Shown here: in pieces, positions 6,549 through 10,589 of the stretch
How the letters are laid out: every line of letters starts with the position of its first letter
Position numbering within the stretch: the stretch's first letter is position 1
Program-made: the position numbers and the translations under genes
IMG/VR virus record: IMGVR_UViG_2541047790_000003
DNA: 10,589 nt
Direction: 5' to 3' (one strand)
Origin: a virus
Lineage: Duplodnaviria > Heunggongvirae > Uroviricota > Caudoviricetes
The notes under the pieces: generated by a model
Seen by the model: the letters and a program-made list of their open reading frames with translations, nothing else
Told to the model about the DNA's origin: nothing
Databases searched by the model: none

Positions 6549-6685
6549 CCATCAATCACCAGATGCTTCGTGCTGCACAGAACAAAGCAGTAATAGCCAG
6601 ATTTATTGGTGATTCCAAAATGTGGCTTGAAGCAAATAAAGCGATGAAATCAGCTATCAACCTTCCGTGGTATCGCAGGAAATGA
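6533..6685 (+). CDS. kil: Kil-like small protein (host cell-division inhibitor), 50 aa; tentative
   Basis: ATG at 6533 with GAGGT 6 nt upstream, overlapping the cIII 3' end; 50 codons MRNEIAINHQMLRAAQNKAVIARFIGDSKMWLEANKAMKSAINLPWYRRK. Sits immediately downstream of cIII, as kil does in lambda and P22. Confidence 0.5.
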   Translation: MRNEIAINHQMLRAAQNKAVIARFIGDSKMWLEANKAMKSAINLPWYRRK

Positions 6686-6760
6686 GTTTCACAGATAACT
6701 GGTCAGACGAAGAATTCATTCGTCAGATGAAAGAATTAATCGGTAACGAAGGAGATATTC

Positions 6761-6931
6761 ATGTCACTTGCAACCACAGTGAAGGAGAGCAAGTTACAGA
6801 GACGCATGTACACGCAGCAGGCGTTAATGTATCGCCAGAAGGGAGATCGTGAAGGTGTTCGCGTATTTTTAAATGCGGCAAAGACTGAAGTATTAAATCA
6901 GCGTTATTTCCTTGGGCCATGTCCATTCTGA
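6761..6931 (+). CDS. Small 56-aa protein in the arf-equivalent position before erf; tentative
   Basis: ATG at 6761 with GGAG 6 nt upstream; 56 codons MSLATTVKESKLQRRMYTQQALMYRQKGDREGVRVFLNAAKTEVLNQRYFLGPCPF; stop at 6929-6931 lies 10 nt before the erf start, suggesting coupling. An alternative overlapping frame 6682-6852 also exists. Confidence 0.4.
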   Translation: MSLATTVKESKLQRRMYTQQALMYRQKGDREGVRVFLNAAKTEVLNQRYFLGPCPF

Positions 6932-6941
6932 GAACAAACAT

Positions 6942-7547
6942 ATGAGTAAAGAATTTTACGCAAGACTGGCAGCTATTCAGGAGAATCTGAACGCGCCAAA
7001 GAATCAGTACAACTCATTCGGTAAATATAAATACAGAAGCTGCGAAGACATTCTTGAAGGCGTTAAGCCGTTACTGAATGGCCTGTTTTTATCAATCAGC
7101 GATGAAGTTGTGTTGATTGGTGATCGGTATTACGTAAAAGCCACGGCAACTATTACCGATGGCGAAAACAGTCATACGGCAACCGCTCTTGCACGAGAGG
7201 AAGAAAGCAAGAAAGGAATGGATTCTGCACAAGTTACTGGAGCTACAAGCTCTTATGCGCGCAAGTATTGCCTCAATGGTTTGTTCGGCATTGATGATGC
7301 GAAAGATGCAGATACCGACGAACATAAACATCAGCAGAACGCAGCAGCAAAGCAATCAAAACCATCACCTACACCTGAACAGGTTCTAAAAGCATTCACT
7401 GACGCAGCAATGCAAAAAAACACCGTGGAAGAGCTTAAACAGGCGTTCGCCAAAGCGTGGAAGATGCTCGAAGGAACACCGGAGCAGCACAAAGCGCAGG
7501 ACGTTTACAACATCAGACGTGACGAATTAGAAGGAGCGTCTGCTTAA
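6942..7547 (+). CDS. erf: Erf-family single-strand annealing protein (P22 Erf-like recombinase)
   Basis: ATG at 6942. N-terminus MSKEFYARLAAIQENLNAPKNQYNSFGKYKYRSCEDILEGVKPLLNGL matches the conserved ERF-family motif as I recall it. The ORF-track start at 6912 is a TTG extension. Confidence 0.85.
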   Translation: MSKEFYARLAAIQENLNAPKNQYNSFGKYKYRSCEDILEGVKPLLNGLFLSISDEVVLIGDRYYVKATATITDGENSHTATALAREEESKKGMDSAQVTGATSSYARKYCLNGLFGIDDAKDADTDEHKHQQNAAAKQSKPSPTPEQVLKAFTDAAMQKNTVEELKQAFAKAWKMLEGTPEQHKAQDVYNIRRDELEGASA

Positions 7548-7930
7548 TGGCACATTCGATTACTGTAAGACTAAACAAGCCCGCAAGAGAGTTTCAGGCC
7601 GGGGAAAATATCGGATTCAACATCCGTGCTGGCGTTCAGTATTACGATCGCCAGACAAAAAAGAAAGAATGGACAAACTACAGCGCCGTTGTATTTGCCA
7701 AGCCGGGAGCGCAAGCGGATTACTACCGTAGTGTTCTTGTTGAAGGTGGCATTGTGGAAATTACCGGAGAAAACATCAGGGTTGATGTTTATCAGGGGCA
7801 AAATGGTCAATCAATCACTCTTGAATTACTGAATGCAAAGATTGGATTTGCAGCTTCAGGAAATGGCCCGCAGCAGCAAAGTAGTAACCAGCAGAACACT
7901 CCTGTATACGACGATTCCATCCCATTCTGA
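7547..7930 (+). CDS. Compact SSB-like single-stranded DNA-binding protein (127 aa)
   Basis: ATG at 7547 overlaps the erf stop (TAATG) with AAGGAG upstream. OB-fold-like core, a Gly/Gln-rich linker, and a C-terminal ...YDDSIPF tail matching the SSB C-terminal protein-interaction motif DDDIPF. Confidence 0.75.
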   Translation: MAHSITVRLNKPAREFQAGENIGFNIRAGVQYYDRQTKKKEWTNYSAVVFAKPGAQADYYRSVLVEGGIVEITGENIRVDVYQGQNGQSITLELLNAKIGFAASGNGPQQQSSNQQNTPVYDDSIPF

Positions 7931-7953
7931 TTTAGAAAAATAAGGATTTAATT

Positions 7954-8247
7954 ATGCCAGCGCCTCTGTATGGTGCGGATGACCCACGCCGCTGTTCCGG
8001 CAATTCCGTATCGGAGGTGCTGGATAAATTCAGGAAAAACTACGACCGGATAATGTCGCTACCGCAGGAAACGAAAGAGGAAAAGGAATTTCGCCATTGT
8101 ATATGGCTTGCAGAGAAAGAAGAACTAGAGCGAATTTACCAGACATCAATCCGACCATTCCGCAAAGCCACATATACCCACTTCCCTGAAATTGACCCGC
8201 GCCTGCGTAATTACCGCTCACGCTATGGCGCTATCAGTAATGACTGA
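7954..8247 (+). CDS. Hypothetical 97-aa protein, possibly an Abc2-like RecBCD modulator (tentative)
   Basis: ATG at 7954 with AAGGA 7 nt upstream; 97 codons [36 protein letters not shown].... Size and position after erf fit P22 Abc2; sequence identity is not verified. Confidence 0.7.
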   Translation: MPAPLYGADDPRRCSGNSVSEVLDKFRKNYDRIMSLPQETKEEKEFRHCIWLAEKEELERIYQTSIRPFRKATYTHFPEIDPRLRNYRSRYGAISND

Positions 8248-8257
8248 GGAATTTACC

Positions 8258-8422
8258 ATGAGAGGACTTGCATACAATCCCGGTATTCTTCCGGCAGAAA
8301 TGATTATTCGCCAACGCGTAAAGCCAATGCCATCGAGAGAGGAATTGCTTAAAAGAAATAGTTTCGGTTCTGTTAATGACAACAAATATCTGAATGCGAT
8401 GTTGCGGAGTGGGAAAAAATGA
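8258..8422 (+). CDS. Small hypothetical protein, 54 aa
   Basis: ATG at 8258 with GAGGA 7 nt upstream; stop overlaps the next start (ATGA at 8419-8422). An alternative in-frame start exists at 8240. Confidence 0.5.
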   Translation: MRGLAYNPGILPAEMIIRQRVKPMPSREELLKRNSFGSVNDNKYLNAMLRSGKK

Positions 8423-8892
8423 AACAAATGTCACTAATTGAGATGGATGGTTTTCTGAAAGGTAAATGCATCCCAAGTGATTTAAAGGTTAACGAAACAA
8501 ACGCTGAATATCTGGTGCGTAAGTTCGGTGAGCTTGAATCAAAACTGGAAACGGCGTTGCGGGAGTGTCGTTCTGCTGGAATCACGATTGATAACCTTGA
8601 GGCCAAGTGCGCGGCGCTGGCAGCGGAGAGTGCGGGGCTGAAAAAGTTCTGTGAAGACGCAGCGTTTGATGCTGATTATGAGTCAGAACTTCTTGGAGAA
8701 CGCGGTGGATTTGTTGATGGGCTTAGCTTGGTAAAAACCCCAGCCACCGACGCTTTCCTGGCTGAAGTACGGGCGCATGGCGTGGAGATGGCTATGGAGC
8801 ATATGCAGTCGAGCGGTTCGTTAACATTTGGAGATTGCTACATATCACTTAACGAGTTCGCCGCAGAGCTTCGCAAAGGAGGCAACCAGTGA
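8419..8892 (+). CDS. Hypothetical 157-aa phage accessory protein
   Basis: ATG at 8419 overlapping the upstream stop; 157 codons [36 protein letters not shown]...; its stop overlaps the GTG start of the next gene. Confidence 0.8.
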   Translation: MKQMSLIEMDGFLKGKCIPSDLKVNETNAEYLVRKFGELESKLETALRECRSAGITIDNLEAKCAALAAESAGLKKFCEDAAFDADYESELLGERGGFVDGLSLVKTPATDAFLAEVRAHGVEMAMEHMQSSGSLTFGDCYISLNEFAAELRKGGNQ

Positions 8893-9557
8893 GCAAGATT
8901 GACTATCAGGCACTGCGTGAGTTAGCAAAACAGGCAACACAGGGCGAATGGGTCGCATTTATTTCGCCGGGTACTGGTACGTATGCGGTGCATACACCTG
9001 GTGATAAACGATGTGAAGACGTTATCAAATGGACCGGCTTTGATGGACAGAACAACGCAGAGAACAACGCTCGTTATATCGCAGCTTTCAACCCTGAAGT
9101 AGTGCTGGCACTACTGGATGAACGGGAAAGAAACCAGCAATACATCAAACGCCGTGACCAGGAGAACGAGGATATTGCGCTAACGGTAGGGAAGCTGTTA
9201 ATCGAAAACGGTCAGCTTGTTGCCGATACGCTACGCCACTTAGCTGATAACGAAATCGACTCTGATTATTTTGCTATCACCTCAACTAATGAGAACGGTA
9301 CTGAAATTGATCATGAGATGTCTATTACCGATTACGCACTGCAAGCTGCCGGAACTGTAGACGAATTGGTTGCGGCGCTGGAATCCGCAGAGAAGCGCAT
9401 AGCAGAACTGGAAGCGCGGGAAATACTGCTCCCGGAACGTAGCAGCATGCTTCATCGAACAGATTTTCACGATGATTACCAAACGGTAATGGCATACAAA
9501 GTTTCTGAAGTCATCGCTGCAATCCGCGCCGCTGGTATTCGCATCAAAGGAGAGTGA
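8889..9557 (+). CDS. Hypothetical 222-aa protein, possibly Ead/Ea22-like (tentative)
   Basis: GTG start at 8889 with a strong AAGGAGG RBS 6 nt upstream; N-terminus [20 protein letters not shown] resembles the N-termini of Ead/Ea22-like prophage proteins as I recall them. Confidence 0.75.
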   Translation: MSKIDYQALRELAKQATQGEWVAFISPGTGTYAVHTPGDKRCEDVIKWTGFDGQNNAENNARYIAAFNPEVVLALLDERERNQQYIKRRDQENEDIALTVGKLLIENGQLVADTLRHLADNEIDSDYFAITSTNENGTEIDHEMSITDYALQAAGTVDELVAALESAEKRIAELEAREILLPERSSMLHRTDFHDDYQTVMAYKVSEVIAAIRAAGIRIKGE

Positions 9558-9558
9558 T

Positions 9559-10134
9559 ATGACCACTATAACCGATAAGAAACAGTATCCCAGCGATCAA
9601 TATCTTAATGAGCTGGTCACCAACATGGAGTTTGCTGCAAGGGCACCAGTTGAAGTCGTGAGAGCGATGGCAGCAGAGCTACAGAAGCGGCGCGAAGCTG
9701 ATAGTGCAGAACCTGTAAGCCAAACTTACAACTTGCCAGAATTAATCGAAGGCATGGAAGTTTCCATTGATGTAAGCACTTGTGATGCTGATTTAGGTAA
9801 TCGCTATTTCGGCACCGTCACCGAGGCGTTAGAACTTGATACAGCCAAGAATGGTTACATCCTCTTGGTTCAGGACGCAGAGCCAAACTTCGATGTAAAT
9901 GGCAACTCTCCGGTAACTCCGGATGGTTGGATAAGCTGTAGTGAGCGAATGCCAGATGATGGTCAGCACGTAATTATTTTATGTGATGGCGCATTCGTTC
10001 TTTATGCGCAATATCGAGACGGAGAGTTTTTCGATATTGTCCGCAATGGTGATGAATTTTTCGAAACACAGAGTCGCAATGTAACCGACTGGATGCCTCT
10101 ACCAGAACCGCCGAAGGAGGTTAACCGTGGCTAA
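9559..10134 (+). CDS. DUF551-like prophage protein (191 aa)
   Basis: ATG at 9559 with AAGGAGAG RBS. C-terminal region ...DGWISCSERMPDDGQHVIILCDGAFVLYAQYRDGEFF... has the WIS...ER.P pattern typical of DUF551 domains in enterobacterial prophages. Confidence 0.75.
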   Translation: MTTITDKKQYPSDQYLNELVTNMEFAARAPVEVVRAMAAELQKRREADSAEPVSQTYNLPELIEGMEVSIDVSTCDADLGNRYFGTVTEALELDTAKNGYILLVQDAEPNFDVNGNSPVTPDGWISCSERMPDDGQHVIILCDGAFVLYAQYRDGEFFDIVRNGDEFFETQSRNVTDWMPLPEPPKEVNRG

Positions 10135-10411
10135 CCTGCAACTTGCCGTCAAAGGTGAATACTTCGATGCCATGATTCGCGGAGAGAAAACGGAAGAGTA
10201 TCGCCTGTGTAATGACTACTGGAATAAGCGAATTATGTTCCGGGAGTATGACCGCCTGATTATCACAAAGGGATATCCGAAGCGTGACGATTCCAGCCGC
10301 AGAATTGACGTTCCGTATGGCGGTTATGAAATAAAGACAATCACACATCCCCACTTCGGCGATAAACCGGTAAAGGTGTTCGCGATAAAGGTGAATATCG
10401 ACACTGAATAA
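10127..10411 (+). CDS. ASCH/PUA-like small protein (94 aa); tentative
   Basis: GTG start at 10127 with GAAGGAGG RBS 6 nt upstream, overlapping the upstream stop. N-terminus ANLQLAVKGEYFDAMIRGEKTEEYRL resembles the beginning of ASCH-domain proteins. Confidence 0.7.
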   Translation: MANLQLAVKGEYFDAMIRGEKTEEYRLCNDYWNKRIMFREYDRLIITKGYPKRDDSSRRIDVPYGGYEIKTITHPHFGDKPVKVFAIKVNIDTE

Positions 10412-10412
10412 C

Positions 10413-10440
10413 AATCCTCGCACTCGCGGGGATTTCTTTT
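10413..10440 (+). terminator. Rho-independent terminator (first of a tandem pair)
   Basis: AATCCTCGC (10413-10421) pairs with GCGGGGATT (10426-10434), with one G-U wobble, around loop ACTC, followed by TCTTTT. Confidence 0.6.
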
Positions 10441-10445
10441 ATCTG

Positions 10446-10470
10446 AACTCGCTACGGCGAGTTTTGTTTT
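10446..10470 (+). terminator. Rho-independent terminator (second of a tandem pair)
   Basis: AACTCGC (10446-10452) pairs with GCGAGTT (10457-10463) around loop TACG, followed by TTGTTTT. Confidence 0.75.
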
Positions 10471-10483
10471 ATGGAGATGATAA

Positions 10484-10589
10484 ATGCACTTCCGAGTCAC
10501 AGGTGAATGGAATGGAGAACCATTCAACAGAGTTATCGAAGCAGAGAACATCAACGACTGCTATGACCACTGGATGCTATGGGCGCAGA
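10484..10589 (+). CDS. Hypothetical protein, 5' fragment (continues beyond the window)
   Basis: ATG at 10484 with GGAG 7 nt upstream; open to the window end (MHFRVTGEWNGEPFNRVIEAENINDCYDHWMLWAQ...). Confidence 0.55.
   Translation, partial: MHFRVTGEWNGEPFNRVIEAENINDCYDHWMLWAQ

Noticed and set aside
6667-6852. ORF-track 61-aa ORF between kil and erf
   Set aside because: Kept only as the less likely alternative (frame A) to the 6761-6931 ORF; poor RBS and an implausible C-terminal tail; see the finding on overlapping ORFs.
7092-7832. Alternate-frame and antisense ORFs within erf and the ssb-like gene (7092-7355 -, 7159-7389 +, 7571-7810 -, 7626-7832 +)
   Set aside because: Overlap confidently assigned genes, with no RBS support.
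8030-8606. Minus-strand ORFs in the accessory block (8030-8221, 8218-8427, 8234-8476, 8373-8606)
   Set aside because: Antisense to a tightly coupled plus-strand gene series with strong RBSs; no start signals.
9282-10554. Minus-strand ORFs 9282-9566, 10121-10423 and 10324-10554
   Set aside because: Antisense to the Ea22-like, ASCH-like and downstream genes; the last also spans both terminators; no RBS.

Overview
This window is the immunity / early-left region of a lambda-like (lambdoid) prophage, apparently in an enterobacterial chromosome, read in the orientation where pL transcription runs left to right. From left to right: the 3' end of an IS66-family element (1-219) abutting a truncated gene in the replication-module position; cII and cro on the minus strand; the tripartite OR operator; cI on the plus strand; a single 301-aa low-GC cargo gene where lambda carries rexA-rexB; an intrinsic terminator; OL/pL and nutL; N; two further low-GC cargo genes of unknown function where lambda carries sieB/ral; an Ea10-like gene; a 322-aa protein with a very long charged central helix; short cIII and kil homologs (both below the ORF-track cutoff); a P22-type recombination module (Erf plus a compact SSB-like protein); and a run of tightly packed small accessory genes ending in tandem terminators. 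cI, cro and cII are near-identical to lambda as I recall it, while N and the operators are about 5-10% diverged, so this is a natural lambda relative, not lambda itself. All family assignments are from reading the translations and from memory of the lambda and P22 sequences; no database search was possible. The most interesting candidates for a new system are the 301-aa gene in the rex slot and the two cargo genes between N and the Ea10-like gene. No tRNA, rRNA or CRISPR array was seen. CDS coordinates include the stop codon.
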